Source of the DNA: Nitrosopumilus sp.
GTDB lineage: Archaea > Thermoproteota > Nitrososphaeria > Nitrososphaerales > Nitrosopumilaceae
NCBI GenBank assembly: GCA_965218785.1
Contig: OZ244650.1
Span: 1,696,001-1,760,000, forward strand
DNA: 64,000 nucleotides
Direction: 5' to 3'
The notes beneath the pieces are model-generated. The model saw only the letters and a list, made by a program, of their open reading frames with translations. It did no database searches and was not told where the DNA came from. Position numbers and translations under genes: made by a program. Position 1 is the first letter of the stretch; each line of letters begins with the position of its first letter. Positions 1-10,674 of this stretch are shown here, in pieces.

Positions 1-215
1 ATTTTTTTATCATAACGATATCAATGATTAAAGTTTTTTTTACCAACAACACATCTAGCTGGTATGGAAAATGAGATTGAGGATAAAAATCCGAGTTTTG
101 ATGAACTGGGTATTATAAAAAATTCTGGAAGAAAAACGCACCACGGCTAGATTAAATACTCTACACTCCAAGATTAGCACAATGATGACTTGTATTCATA
201 AAGGTGGTCATCCTA

Positions 216-293
216 ATGCATGAATTAATAGTTATTTTTGCCCTAGCTGGTTTGGCAGCTTTCATAAGTTTTGTAATGTGGAAAAGACTCTAG
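216..293 (+). CDS. possible 25-aa single-pass membrane peptide (MHELIVIFALAGLAAFISFVMWKRL)
   Basis: Hand-translated ATG..TAG ORF below the ORF-track cutoff; hydrophobic helix followed by KR. Confidence 0.3.
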   Translation: MHELIVIFALAGLAAFISFVMWKRL

Positions 294-380
294 GAATTGA
301 AAAAATGAGGATTAGTCAACTGAGCACCAAAGTCTCTCCGGAGCACAAGAACTATTATGTAGACTGCCCCAAATTATTTA

Positions 381-878
381 TCATATTTTACAGCAACTTT
401 TACTTTGCAGTCCTCGTGTAATCCAGTATATGGAGAAAATTAAAACACCTGCCGAAATGAACTTTAATTCCAATCCCAGCATTGGAAATAATGACAATCC
501 ACCAGCCGCACCCAAAATTACTGCCAAAGGGGCAGTGCATGCAGGACATCCAGGAGTAAATGCCGCAAAGGCTCCCCCCAGCACCGCCGAAGAGTTTGAT
601 TTTACCGAATTCATCATTTTCATTCGCTTTATCTTAAACGCCATTAACGCAAAATTGATTCCAGCCAGGGCCGAAATTCCCAGGGTTAATGCTATTGATG
701 CGGCAACATAAGATGAATAAACCTCGATTATATGATCAAAGTGGATAGGAAGCATCGACATTGTCAAAAAATAATATATTATTCCCAATCCCACCCCGCT
801 GATTATTGCAATTGTGGCATATCTTTTCATGCTCAATACGTCTGAAATTAACTGTAATTTGCTCTGCAAGTATAGCAT
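381..878 (-). CDS. membrane protein with CPAC motif (hypothetical)
   Basis: About 4 TM helices, GCPAC motif, C-terminal SCCK. Confidence 0.7.
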   Translation of the reverse strand: MLYLQSKLQLISDVLSMKRYATIAIISGVGLGIIYYFLTMSMLPIHFDHIIEVYSSYVAASIALTLGISALAGINFALMAFKIKRMKMMNSVKSNSSAVLGGAFAAFTPGCPACTAPLAVILGAAGGLSLFPMLGLELKFISAGVLIFSIYWITRGLQSKSCCKI

Positions 879-950
879 ATTTGTATCTCATCATATTTTA
901 ACTATCATTTGTCAATCAACGATTATTAGCCTGAGATTCACAACATAACT

Positions 951-1202
951 ATGACAGAATTCTCCCCGGATGAAAAAACCATTCTTGTTCAATACGGAAT
1001 TCAGAAATATGAAAATGAAGAAACCGTTATTGAAAAATTAAAGGCCGTCTTATCAGAAAAGGATATTCAGCAAAATATTGATACGTTGATTGGAACCCAG
1101 AGAGTCAGGCGCATAGGACCTGAAATTCTTCAAAACAATGAAAGTCACACCGAATTACCGGAATTGCCTGAAAATCTTGAACCGATAATTGAGAATCTCT
1201 AG
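951..1202 (+). CDS. conserved hypothetical protein
   Basis: 83-aa ORF with typical composition. Confidence 0.7.
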   Translation: MTEFSPDEKTILVQYGIQKYENEETVIEKLKAVLSEKDIQQNIDTLIGTQRVRRIGPEILQNNESHTELPELPENLEPIIENL

Positions 1203-1346
1203 TTCCCCAAACGTGCCCTTGAGGAGGCACAATCAAGTGCTCCAGCTGCGAGTCTGGCTTGATTTTCACGTCATTTTTGCCGTATCTGGGACGTTTTGGA
1301 GGGACTAGTGATAAATTTTTAAATTACCACCGACCTAATTTTTGAT

Positions 1347-1799
1347 ATGAACAAACTTGTCTTATTTTCAGGGATTCTAACATTAGCAGTTATCTTGTCA
1401 TTTTCTTTAGATCCCGTGTTTGCTCATCCACACATAGGTCAAATTATGATTGACCGCCATGCTCATGAATCACAAACTCAAATCATTCCGATAAATGAAA
1501 CGATGGGGATTGAAAAATCAACTGTTCTCTTTCATGCCTCCCAAACAAACACGTTACCTTGGGGATTTGTTGAAGGAACAGTTGCAAATCATGTCGAGGG
1601 CTATCCCGTAATTATACAAATTTTCAAAAATAACGACGCAGTACATTTTGCACAGACTAGCACGGATGCAGACGGCATCTACGAGTACAAATTCCAGGCA
1701 ACAAGCTCCAATAATATGCACGCATCTAAAGTCTTTGAGGGGGACTATACAGTTAAGATCTTCAAAGTAGTATATTTGAATCAGAATGCTCTGATTTAG
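1347..1799 (+). CDS. secreted hypothetical protein
   Basis: Signal peptide ending VFA-HPH. Confidence 0.75.
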   Translation: MNKLVLFSGILTLAVILSFSLDPVFAHPHIGQIMIDRHAHESQTQIIPINETMGIEKSTVLFHASQTNTLPWGFVEGTVANHVEGYPVIIQIFKNNDAVHFAQTSTDADGIYEYKFQATSSNNMHASKVFEGDYTVKIFKVVYLNQNALI

Positions 1800-2674
1800 A
1801 ATCCTCGTAGTCCCTGGGGACGGATGGTTTCCGGATGTTGTCTCATCCATTCTATCTTATCTAACATCGCCTGTTTGTCTTGTGGAAATGTACCTTTGAT
1901 CGTGTACGCGTTTGAACCATGATTTGCTCTAAATACAATCTCATCTTTGGTTTCTATCTGATTAATCAGACCGGAGAGTTCATCTAATGACTCTTCATCA
2001 TCAATTTTAACGAATTGGCCTTCATATTTGTCGAGAAATTCCTGTTTTATTCCGTTTTCCAAATAAAGAGTCAAAGCTCCCACGTATTGCGGCGAACATG
2101 CACTAATTACTTTTGCCGTTCCTGTGATGTGTTCCTTGGAATATCTTCTGCCTCCAAGTCCCAGAATTACCATACATGACATGAGATAACCTGCCTGTTT
2201 TGCCTTGTTGACTGATTTGATGATTGTCTTTGCAATTGCTCCCTTGGTTACTTTTTTTAGAACGATGTCCGAACCACTTTCAATTCCCAGATAAAACATA
2301 TCCAAACCCGCTTCATTCATCTTCTTTAATTCCTCCGGTGTTTTTTGTAGAATGTTCATGGGCATTGCATAACAAGAAATTCTTTCAATCCTTGCAAATT
2401 TTTCTTTGATGTATTTTACAATTTTTATCATGTATTCTGAATCAAGATTTAATGCATCACCGTCTGCAAGAAATACCCTTCTGGTATCAGGCAAATAATT
2501 TGCCATCATATCAATCTCGGCTTTTATTTCATCCCATGATCTTTCAGAATATTCTTTTGATCTATACATATCACAAAAAGAACATTCGTTAAATGAACAG
2601 CCCAGTGTGACCTGAAAGATCAGTGATCTTGCTTCAGATGGAGGCCTATACAGGGGTGAGTCATAATTTAACAT
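1796..2674 (-). CDS. radical SAM protein
   Basis: CSFNECSFC cluster motif, YRPPSEA N-terminus, GIESG. Confidence 0.9.
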   Translation of the reverse strand: MLNYDSPLYRPPSEARSLIFQVTLGCSFNECSFCDMYRSKEYSERSWDEIKAEIDMMANYLPDTRRVFLADGDALNLDSEYMIKIVKYIKEKFARIERISCYAMPMNILQKTPEELKKMNEAGLDMFYLGIESGSDIVLKKVTKGAIAKTIIKSVNKAKQAGYLMSCMVILGLGGRRYSKEHITGTAKVISACSPQYVGALTLYLENGIKQEFLDKYEGQFVKIDDEESLDELSGLINQIETKDEIVFRANHGSNAYTIKGTFPQDKQAMLDKIEWMRQHPETIRPQGLRGF

Positions 2675-2753
2675 GTTCTATTTCAAAGAAATTTGCCTGC
2701 AGTGTTTTTTATACTTTCTATTTTGATTCAATCCCAAAATACCTTTTAGTAGT

Positions 2754-3071
2754 ATGATGAAGGTTTTTTCATTACTCATGGCAGATGATCCCGATACAAA
2801 AAAACTGCTTTGGTTTGTGTTTGCAGGCTCACGAGGGGGGCCAAATCGGTTAAAAATCATCTCAAAATTAAAGGGAAGTCCACTAAACACCAATCAGTTA
2901 GCAAATGAATTAGGACTAGATTACAAGGCCGTTCAGCATCACATTAGAGTACTTGAAAAAAACAACATGATAACCAAGGTCGGGGAAAAGTATGGCATAG
3001 CCTACTTCATATCTCCCTTTCTTGAAGTCAGTATGGAGACGTTTGAAGAGATTGAAGGAAAAATTGGATAA
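2754..3071 (+). CDS. ArsR-like winged-helix transcriptional regulator
   Basis: LWFVFAGSRGGPNR...NQLANELGLDYKAVQHHIRVL; paralog of 63341..63733. Confidence 0.85.
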   Translation: MMKVFSLLMADDPDTKKLLWFVFAGSRGGPNRLKIISKLKGSPLNTNQLANELGLDYKAVQHHIRVLEKNNMITKVGEKYGIAYFISPFLEVSMETFEEIEGKIG

Positions 3072-3106
3072 AAGTAAATAAATGCTCAGGCGTTATTTTT
3101 CACTAA

Positions 3107-3391
3107 ATGGAGCCGACTTCGTTAATTTTGTCCATCGTTTCAGTTGCAAACATGGGCATACTTGGAATTCTAATATGCATGTTTGGAAAGATGTATGGCA
3201 ATACTAGGGCGCAGCTTCCGCTAGGCATGATTGTTGTTGCAGCAATGCTGTTTTTGCACAACGTAATTGGCGCTATGGCATATTTTTCAATCGAGGAGAT
3301 TTTCTCACACGACATATTCCCATACATGTTAGGAGTGGGAATTGCCGAACTTGCAGGATTGATCATATTTCTCAAGATCACCTTGGATTAA
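3107..3391 (+). CDS. small 3-TM membrane protein
   Basis: Hydrophobic ORF directly after the wHTH gene; same pairing at 63011..63322. Confidence 0.75.
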   Translation: MEPTSLILSIVSVANMGILGILICMFGKMYGNTRAQLPLGMIVVAAMLFLHNVIGAMAYFSIEEIFSHDIFPYMLGVGIAELAGLIIFLKITLD

Positions 3392-3817
3392 TGCCCCGTA
3401 TCGGACTGGAAGTAATCCAAAAAAAATTCCGTACCTAGAAAAGATCTATGATGTGTGTTCAGGACATTAATACGAGTCTGATAGTCGGCGGCAAATACGT
3501 CACTTGCAAACCGTCCTTGCCTGTTTACGTTGAATTTATAATCCATACTTGCCAGGTAATATCTTTGATTCATTTCTTGGACATTGCTATCCTGGAAAAA
3601 CCCCAAAAGACGTTGGATTAAGAGACGTTTTTAATTTTAATCATAAATAATTTTCGGGAGATAACTTAGCATTGATGGATATTGTGGTAGCGTCACATGG
3701 AACCGGGGAATCAATGCCACCCTGCCACATGTTCTTTAATATGTTAAAACCCAGAATCCCAAAGATGACACAGAATGATTAATCTTAGTTTAATTGTAAC
3801 AGAAAATTATCAAAAAC

Positions 3818-4261
3818 ATGTTAGAGGAGTATTTTAAACTAAACAAAAACGTTCTAATCGCAATCACAGCATCAATTATCGTTTCTGCAGTAATTGCCCA
3901 GTCACTTTCTGGACAGGAAGATTACCTGAATACGACTTATACCACAGTTGCAGATTATGCAGTTTATCTTTCAGTCTTTAGTTTCTTATTTTATCTTGAT
4001 AACAGAAAGAAATACCATACGGAATCCGGCGGCACGGATACCCAAAAACTAAAGCACGATCTAAAAAAATTGATTGCCTCGCTTGGAATTGCCGAAGTCG
4101 TTTATAGCGCTGTCAGATGGGGTTTACAGTACTATTTTCTGACAATAAGCTACGAACCATATATGGCATCAATCGTATCACAGATTATATCCATAATTAT
4201 TTACATGGTGGTACTAAATCTAAGTGTAAAGATAACAAGGTTGTATAAAGATGGGAATTAG
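3818..4261 (+). CDS. membrane protein (hypothetical)
   Basis: About 4 TM segments; overlaps start of the RNase H gene. Confidence 0.75.
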   Translation: MLEEYFKLNKNVLIAITASIIVSAVIAQSLSGQEDYLNTTYTTVADYAVYLSVFSFLFYLDNRKKYHTESGGTDTQKLKHDLKKLIASLGIAEVVYSAVRWGLQYYFLTISYEPYMASIVSQIISIIIYMVVLNLSVKITRLYKDGN

Positions 4262-4607
4262 CGTTTATGTTGATGGGTCCGGAGGAAGTAACAGCGGTTA
4301 TGGATTCTTTGTAAAAGAGACGGGGGAGTCATTTTATGAGAAGAAATCGGATATAACCAACAATCAAGCAGAATACCTGGCAATAATTTCTGCATTAAAC
4401 AAGCATGTCGGTTCAAAAGAGGAAATCACGATTTATAGCGATTCTAAAAATACTGTCAACCAGCTAAACCATGAATTTGCGATTAACAATGAACGGCTCC
4501 GGGAACTGGCACGGGAGGCATGGCGTCTTGTGGGAAAATTTTCTAATCTCACAATTGTATGGATTCCCAGAAATGAAAATCTCGCAGGAAAGATGCTAGG
4601 AAGCTAA
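4251..4607 (+). CDS. rnhA: ribonuclease HI family protein
   Basis: YVDGS, TNNQAEY, YSDS, WIPRNENLA motifs. Confidence 0.88.
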   Translation: MGISVYVDGSGGSNSGYGFFVKETGESFYEKKSDITNNQAEYLAIISALNKHVGSKEEITIYSDSKNTVNQLNHEFAINNERLRELAREAWRLVGKFSNLTIVWIPRNENLAGKMLGS

Positions 4608-4669
4608 AATCATAGATCAGGAATTTCTATGAATAACTTTATTATACAAAATCCCCAGAATCAACCTGT

Positions 4670-6766
4670 ATGACAGAATCTGTCGTTTTATCACCAAAAT
4701 CAATTGCAGTCATTGGCGCATCTGACAAGCGTGGAAGTGTCGGCGCCACCATTACATCAAATATTATGAACGGTTTTAAGGGAACCGTCTATCCAATTAG
4801 TCCGTCAAGGGATACGGTCTTTTACAAAAAGGCATACAAGAGTGTCTTGGATGTTCCAAAATCAATCGACCTTGCAGTTATTGTTATCAAAAACGTACTA
4901 GTCGCATCAGTGTTAGAAGAATGTGGAAGGAAGAAAATCAAAGGCGTCATTATCATTACTGCAGGATTTAAGGAGGTAGATGAGGAGGGTGCAAAACGCG
5001 AACAACAGCTCAAGGATATAGCAGAAAAATACAAAATCCAGGTTATCGGGCCAAATTGTCTTGGCGTCATGAATCTTGATCCAAAGACGATGATGAATTC
5101 CACATTTCTTAAAATTACGCCAAAATCCGGAAAAATCGCACTTTTATCTCAGAGTGGTGCAATATGTGCCGCACTAGTTGAGGATGCCAGTGCCCAGGGA
5201 ATAGGTTTCTCTGCAGTAGTAAGTCTTGGAAACAAGGCAGTGATGAGTGAGGTTGATGTTCTGCGGATTCTTGCAAATCATAAACAAACGGAAGTTATTG
5301 TAATGTATCTCGAAGACATGGGTAATGGCCAGGAATTTCTCAAGGTATGTAAAAATATTACCAAGAAACTCAGAAAGCCGGTTCTTGTTCTAAAGTCAGG
5401 ACGCAGTCCTGAAGGTGCAAAAGCTGCAATGTCGCATACCGGAGCTTTGATGGGCTCAGATGAGATCTATGAGGCCTTACTAAAACAGTCAGGTGCAATC
5501 AGAGTTGACACCATGGAGGAACTCTTTGATTATGCAACGGCATTTTCAAAACAGCCGCTTCCGTCTGTTGGCGATCTTGTAATCGTCTCAAATGCGGGGG
5601 GTCCTGCCATTATCTCAACTGATGCATGCTCCAAAGCCAAAATCAAGATGGCAGACATCACAAGCATCAGAAAAAAAATTGATGAGGTAATTCCGCCATG
5701 GGGAAGCTCCCGAAACCCTGTTGACATTGTAGGTGATGCGGATTTTAACAGATTCCACAATGTCTTAGATCGTGTACTCAAACATCCAAAGGTCGGCTCT
5801 GTTATCTCGATGTGTACTCCCTCCGGAACACTAGATTATGACAAGCTGGCAGAAGTCATCGTTGAAATGTCAAAAAAGTACAAAAAAACAATGCTTGCAA
5901 GTTTGATGGGACTAGATGAGGGAATAACTAATCGGGAAATTTTAGCTGAAGGAAACGTTCCGTACTACACATATGCAGAAGGTGCGATTAGAACTCTTGC
6001 AGCAATGATCAGATTTTCCAATTGGATCAAGGCTCCAACTGGAAAGATTACAAAATTCAAAGTAAACAAGGCAAGGGCAGAGCAAATCTTTGAAAAGGCA
6101 AAAAAGGAGAAGAGGTCAAATCTTCTAGAGGAGGAAGGACAGGAAGTTCTCAAGGCATACGGTCTGCCGCTTCCATCAAGTGCACTTGCAAAAAACGAGG
6201 CAGAATCTGTAAAAATTGCAAGGAAGATCGGATATCCGGTCGTAATGAAGATTGCATCACCACAAATAATTCACAAATCAGATGCAGGCGGTGTCAAGGT
6301 AAACTTGACAAATGATTCTGAGATTAGAGATGCATTCAAAACAATTATCAAAAATGCCAAGAAATACAACAAAAAGGCCGAGATCAAAGGTGTTTTGATT
6401 GTAGAGATGGTAAAAGGCGGCAAGGAGTTAATCATCGGCTCAAAACTCGAGCCAGGATTCGGTCCGGTAATCATGCTTGGAATGGGGGGAATCTATGTGG
6501 AGGTTCTCAAGGATGTTACATTCAAGCTTGCCCCGGTAACTGATATAGAGTCCGATGATATGATTGCCTCAATTAAAACCCAGAAACTACTTCAGGGGGT
6601 AAGGGGTGAAAAACCATCAGATACGGCAAAACTTTCGGAATGCATTCAAAGATTATCTCAGCTGGTATCTGACTTTGGAGAGATCAAAGAACTGGATATG
6701 AATCCGGTACTAGTTATGGAAAAGGGCAAAGGCTGTCGTATTTTAGATGTACGCATAGGTCTCTGA
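4670..6766 (+). CDS. ADP-forming acyl-CoA synthetase, 4-hydroxybutyrate-CoA ligase of the HP/HB cycle
   Basis: CoA-binding domain, GPNCLG, SHTG phospho-His, ATP-grasp HKSDAGGV; adjacent to 4-hydroxybutyryl-CoA dehydratase. Confidence 0.9.
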   Translation: MTESVVLSPKSIAVIGASDKRGSVGATITSNIMNGFKGTVYPISPSRDTVFYKKAYKSVLDVPKSIDLAVIVIKNVLVASVLEECGRKKIKGVIIITAGFKEVDEEGAKREQQLKDIAEKYKIQVIGPNCLGVMNLDPKTMMNSTFLKITPKSGKIALLSQSGAICAALVEDASAQGIGFSAVVSLGNKAVMSEVDVLRILANHKQTEVIVMYLEDMGNGQEFLKVCKNITKKLRKPVLVLKSGRSPEGAKAAMSHTGALMGSDEIYEALLKQSGAIRVDTMEELFDYATAFSKQPLPSVGDLVIVSNAGGPAIISTDACSKAKIKMADITSIRKKIDEVIPPWGSSRNPVDIVGDADFNRFHNVLDRVLKHPKVGSVISMCTPSGTLDYDKLAEVIVEMSKKYKKTMLASLMGLDEGITNREILAEGNVPYYTYAEGAIRTLAAMIRFSNWIKAPTGKITKFKVNKARAEQIFEKAKKEKRSNLLEEEGQEVLKAYGLPLPSSALAKNEAESVKIARKIGYPVVMKIASPQIIHKSDAGGVKVNLTNDSEIRDAFKTIIKNAKKYNKKAEIKGVLIVEMVKGGKELIIGSKLEPGFGPVIMLGMGGIYVEVLKDVTFKLAPVTDIESDDMIASIKTQKLLQGVRGEKPSDTAKLSECIQRLSQLVSDFGEIKELDMNPVLVMEKGKGCRILDVRIGL

Positions 6767-6841
6767 TCGCAGTTTATTCCTGAATCTGAGTGCGCCATAT
6801 TTAGAATATTTATACAGCATGGGAGTTATGATTATTGTCAC

Positions 6842-8368
6842 ATGGCCAATGTCTTAAAGACGATTAGAACGGGTGAGGATTATATTGAGAGTCTTAGGGG
6901 AAGGGATCTCAAAATTTACCTGTTTGGCGAATTGGTAAAAGAGCCAGTAGACCATCCAATGATTAGGCCATCCATTAATGCGGTTGCAGAAACCTATGAC
7001 CTGGCAGTACGCCATGAGGCACTTGCATCAGCTGATTCATCAATTACAGGATTGAGGGTTAACCGATTTTTACATATTGCCGAAAGTGCAGAAGATCTAG
7101 TTTTACAAAATAAAATGCAGAGAACGCTGGGACAAAACACCGGAACATGTTTCCAAAGATGTGTTGGAATGGACGCGTTGAATTCCCTGCACTCTACAAC
7201 ATTTGAAATAGATGAAAAACATGGAACCGACTATCATAAACGATTCTTGGAATTTGTAAAGATGGTGCAGCAAGAAAACCTCGTCATTGGTGGCGCAATG
7301 ACTGATCCCAAGGGCGATAGAAGCAAAGGACCAGCAGAGCAAGATGATCCTGATTTGTTTACAAGAATAGTAGAAGAGGATGAAAAAGGGATCTATGTGT
7401 CCGGTGCCAAGGCACATCAAACCGGATGTATCAACTCACACTGGATAATCCTGATGCCGACAGTACGATTGACTGAAAATGACAAAGGTTGGGCAGTTGT
7501 TGGCGCCATTCCGGCCGATGCAAAAGGAGTCACTTACATCTACGGCAGACAATCATGTGACACTAGGAGTATGGAAGAGGGGGACATCGATGATGGCAAT
7601 GCAAAATATGGCGGACAAGAAGCATTGATGATTTTGGATAGGGTGTTTATTCCATGGGACAAGGTTTTCATGCACGGGGAATATGAATTTGCATCCATGC
7701 TTATAGAGAGATTTACCTGTTATCACAGACGTAGTTATGTATGCAAGACAGGGCTTGGTGATGTATTGATTGGAGCTGCGGCAACAATTGCAGATTATAA
7801 TGGAGTGCCCAAAGTATCGCACATCAAGGACAAGATTATAGAGATGACTCATCTTAATGAGACAATATTTGCAGCGGGAATTGCATCCTCATATCAAGGA
7901 CATAAAATGAAATCCGGTGTATATTTGAACGAGGACATGCTAGCACAGGTCTGCAAACATAATGTTACTAGGATGCCATATGAGATTGCCAGGCTTGCAC
8001 AAGACATTGCAGGGGGACTAGTAGTAACCCTTCCATCTGAAAAAGACTTTAGACATCCGGAGGCAGGTCCACTACTCAAAAAATTCCTTAAAGGAAGAAA
8101 AGGCGTCGATGTTGAAAATAGAATGCGGATATTAAGATTGATTGAAAATATGACACTTGGCAGAAATGCAGTAGGCTATCTTACAGAATCCATGCACGGG
8201 GCAGGCTCACCCCAAGCCCAAAGAATTCAGATTCAAAGACAGATGCAAGTAGGCTACAAAAAGAATCTGGCAAAAAAACTGGCAGGCATTACAAATGATA
8301 TTGAAGAGCCATCAGAACCTTCGGACTATTTTAAGCGTATATTCAAAACAAAAGATTCCGTATTATAA
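6842..8368 (+). CDS. hcd: 4-hydroxybutyryl-CoA dehydratase
   Basis: GTCFQRCVGMD, AMTDPKGDRS, YHRRSYVCK, ESMHGAGSPQAQ motifs. Confidence 0.95.
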   Translation: MANVLKTIRTGEDYIESLRGRDLKIYLFGELVKEPVDHPMIRPSINAVAETYDLAVRHEALASADSSITGLRVNRFLHIAESAEDLVLQNKMQRTLGQNTGTCFQRCVGMDALNSLHSTTFEIDEKHGTDYHKRFLEFVKMVQQENLVIGGAMTDPKGDRSKGPAEQDDPDLFTRIVEEDEKGIYVSGAKAHQTGCINSHWIILMPTVRLTENDKGWAVVGAIPADAKGVTYIYGRQSCDTRSMEEGDIDDGNAKYGGQEALMILDRVFIPWDKVFMHGEYEFASMLIERFTCYHRRSYVCKTGLGDVLIGAAATIADYNGVPKVSHIKDKIIEMTHLNETIFAAGIASSYQGHKMKSGVYLNEDMLAQVCKHNVTRMPYEIARLAQDIAGGLVVTLPSEKDFRHPEAGPLLKKFLKGRKGVDVENRMRILRLIENMTLGRNAVGYLTESMHGAGSPQAQRIQIQRQMQVGYKKNLAKKLAGITNDIEEPSEPSDYFKRIFKTKDSVL

Positions 8369-8415
8369 TCTTAATTTTAGTAATCTATTTTTAGCCTAGT
8401 TGGTGGGAATAAGCC

Positions 8416-9807
8416 TTGGGTCAAATAACTACAGTGAATCCCTCAACCGGAGTGGAACTAGCGCATTATACGACGATGGATAAAGATCAGGTATTCCAAT
8501 TAGTAAATAAAGCAAAAAGGGCATTTCCCGAATGGAAAAAAGATTATGAACAGCGTAAGAGTTACATTTACAATCTAGTGGAATATCTAAGAAAGAACAA
8601 AACACGTCTTGCAAAAATTGCAACCTCCGAAATGGGAAAAGTACTCAAAGAATCAATTGGTGAGATTGAAAAATGTGCCTGGGTCATGGAATTTTATGCG
8701 GATCATGGGGATAGCTATCTTTCTGATGAAGTATTAAACACGGATGCAAGAAAAAGCTTCCTTACCTTTGAACCGCTAGGAGTTATTGGCTCTATCATGC
8801 CCTGGAATTTTCCTTTCTGGCAATCATTAAGATTTGCCGCACCATGTTTGATGGCAGGCAATGTCATAGTCATGAAACCATCCAGAATAACCATGCAGTC
8901 AGGAATAGAAATTGAAAAAGCGTTTGTAGAATCAGAAGTGCCTGATGGCGTATTTCAAACCGTGGTTGGAAGTGTAGAGTCTGCCAATCATCTAATTGAT
9001 TCAAAAATAAACGCAGTTACGTTTACCGGAAGTACTAATGCGGGTGCAAAGGTGGGTCAAAGAGCCGCAATGAATTTGAAAAAATGTGTTTTAGAATTAG
9101 GAGGCAGTGATCCCTTTATAGTATTAGATGATGCAATTATTGAAAAGGCAGCAGACGGCGCCGTCAAAGGCAGGTTCATCAACTGCGGTCAAAGTTGTGT
9201 AGCTTCAAAGAGGTTCTTTGTTGGAAAAAACATCGCCGAGGATTTTATTGAACAATTCATCAAAAAAACATCTCAGTTAAAAGTTGGAGATCCTACATCA
9301 ATGGAGACGGATATCGGTCCCCTGGCTAGTAGGGAGGGTCTTGAAACAATTTCAGGAATAGTCGAAGATGCAAAACAAAAAGGGGCTGAAATTCTTTTGG
9401 GCGGTTCAAAAATTGATGGAGACGGCTATTTTTATCAACCCACTATTCTTACCAATGTCAAGCCCGACATGAGAATTGCAAGTGAGGAAACTTTTGGTCC
9501 TGTCGCACCAATCACCGTAGTTGAGGATGAAAGGGAGGCAGTCAGGCTAGCAAACGATATTGAGTTTGGATTAGGAGCTAGCATATGGACAAGAGATCTT
9601 GCAAAGGCAGACAAGATGTCAAGAAGAATAGAATCAGGCATTGTTAGTGTAAATAATGTGGTTTTATCTGATCCGCGAATACCATTTGGAGGAATAAAAC
9701 ACAGTGGATTTGGAAGGGAATTATCAAGATATGGGATGCTTGAATTTGTAAATATAAAGTCCGTCAGATTTTATGAAAATCTAACTCATCATCATTATGT
9801 TGAATAA
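8416..9807 (+). CDS. NAD(P)-dependent aldehyde dehydrogenase (succinate-semialdehyde dehydrogenase-like)
   Basis: PWNFP, FTGS, LELGG, GQSC, EETFGP motifs. Confidence 0.92.
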   Translation: MGQITTVNPSTGVELAHYTTMDKDQVFQLVNKAKRAFPEWKKDYEQRKSYIYNLVEYLRKNKTRLAKIATSEMGKVLKESIGEIEKCAWVMEFYADHGDSYLSDEVLNTDARKSFLTFEPLGVIGSIMPWNFPFWQSLRFAAPCLMAGNVIVMKPSRITMQSGIEIEKAFVESEVPDGVFQTVVGSVESANHLIDSKINAVTFTGSTNAGAKVGQRAAMNLKKCVLELGGSDPFIVLDDAIIEKAADGAVKGRFINCGQSCVASKRFFVGKNIAEDFIEQFIKKTSQLKVGDPTSMETDIGPLASREGLETISGIVEDAKQKGAEILLGGSKIDGDGYFYQPTILTNVKPDMRIASEETFGPVAPITVVEDEREAVRLANDIEFGLGASIWTRDLAKADKMSRRIESGIVSVNNVVLSDPRIPFGGIKHSGFGRELSRYGMLEFVNIKSVRFYENLTHHHYVE

Positions 9808-9930
9808 ATGATTCATTCTAATTATTTGCAAGATTCCAAGCATCTTTGTAGTTTTTCCAGCTAGCAGTTCTTTGAAGATTTTAGCTGGTAAAAGGGGGCG
9901 GCGATGCCGGAGGCTTGAATTTTGACGGAA

Positions 9931-10635
9931 TTATTTCTTCTTTTCTTCCTCAGGGGCAGCAGCCTCATCGGGTTTTGGTGCTTCATCCAAGTCTGTTTTT
10001 TCCTCTTTGACAACTTTTGAGCTCTCCACGTGCTCAGAGTATTCCGAGTCCTTTTCCATCTTCTCAATGCCTGGCAGTTGATCAGAATCCTCCCTGTCTG
10101 TCTCCGATGAATCTGGTAATGTGAGTTCATTTTCTTTTTTATTATTTGACATGTGTTTTACAATCATGATTCCTATGACAATTACGATTATGATGTAGTT
10201 TATGGGCGGTTTTATCAGCTGTGTAACATATCCCACTTGTGGAAGTGTATATACTACTTTTCCTATGTATTCCTCTTCTGTAATTGGAAAGTCTGTGCCG
10301 GGAATTGATCCTGGATTTGCATCCCCTTGCGTTCTAATCTCTTTTGGATCATCATTAATTATTGAAACCACCCTATGTACGATTACCCTGTCATGATCTG
10401 AAGGTCGATTAAATACAATAATATCTCCGATGTCGATATTCTCAAAGGATTCATGCCCCTGAACTATAATGACGTCATAAACCTCCAGAGCGGGAATCAT
10501 GCTTCCACTGGCAACAACATAAAACGGATTTTGTGTTCCAAATGCCGCATATAATCCCAACCAAATTACCAAAACCCCCATACCAACTATGAGGACATCC
10601 TTGATGACTTTTTTTGAGATTAATCCTTTTGCCAA
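9931..10635 (-). CDS. signal peptidase I (archaeal S26B type)
   Basis: VVASGSMIP, IVHRV, TQGDAN motifs. Confidence 0.9.
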   Translation of the reverse strand: MAKGLISKKVIKDVLIVGMGVLVIWLGLYAAFGTQNPFYVVASGSMIPALEVYDVIIVQGHESFENIDIGDIIVFNRPSDHDRVIVHRVVSIINDDPKEIRTQGDANPGSIPGTDFPITEEEYIGKVVYTLPQVGYVTQLIKPPINYIIIVIVIGIMIVKHMSNNKKENELTLPDSSETDREDSDQLPGIEKMEKDSEYSEHVESSKVVKEEKTDLDEAPKPDEAAAPEEEKKK

Positions 10636-10674
10636 TTATTCACACCTATATTCACTGATTAAATCTGTTATCTA

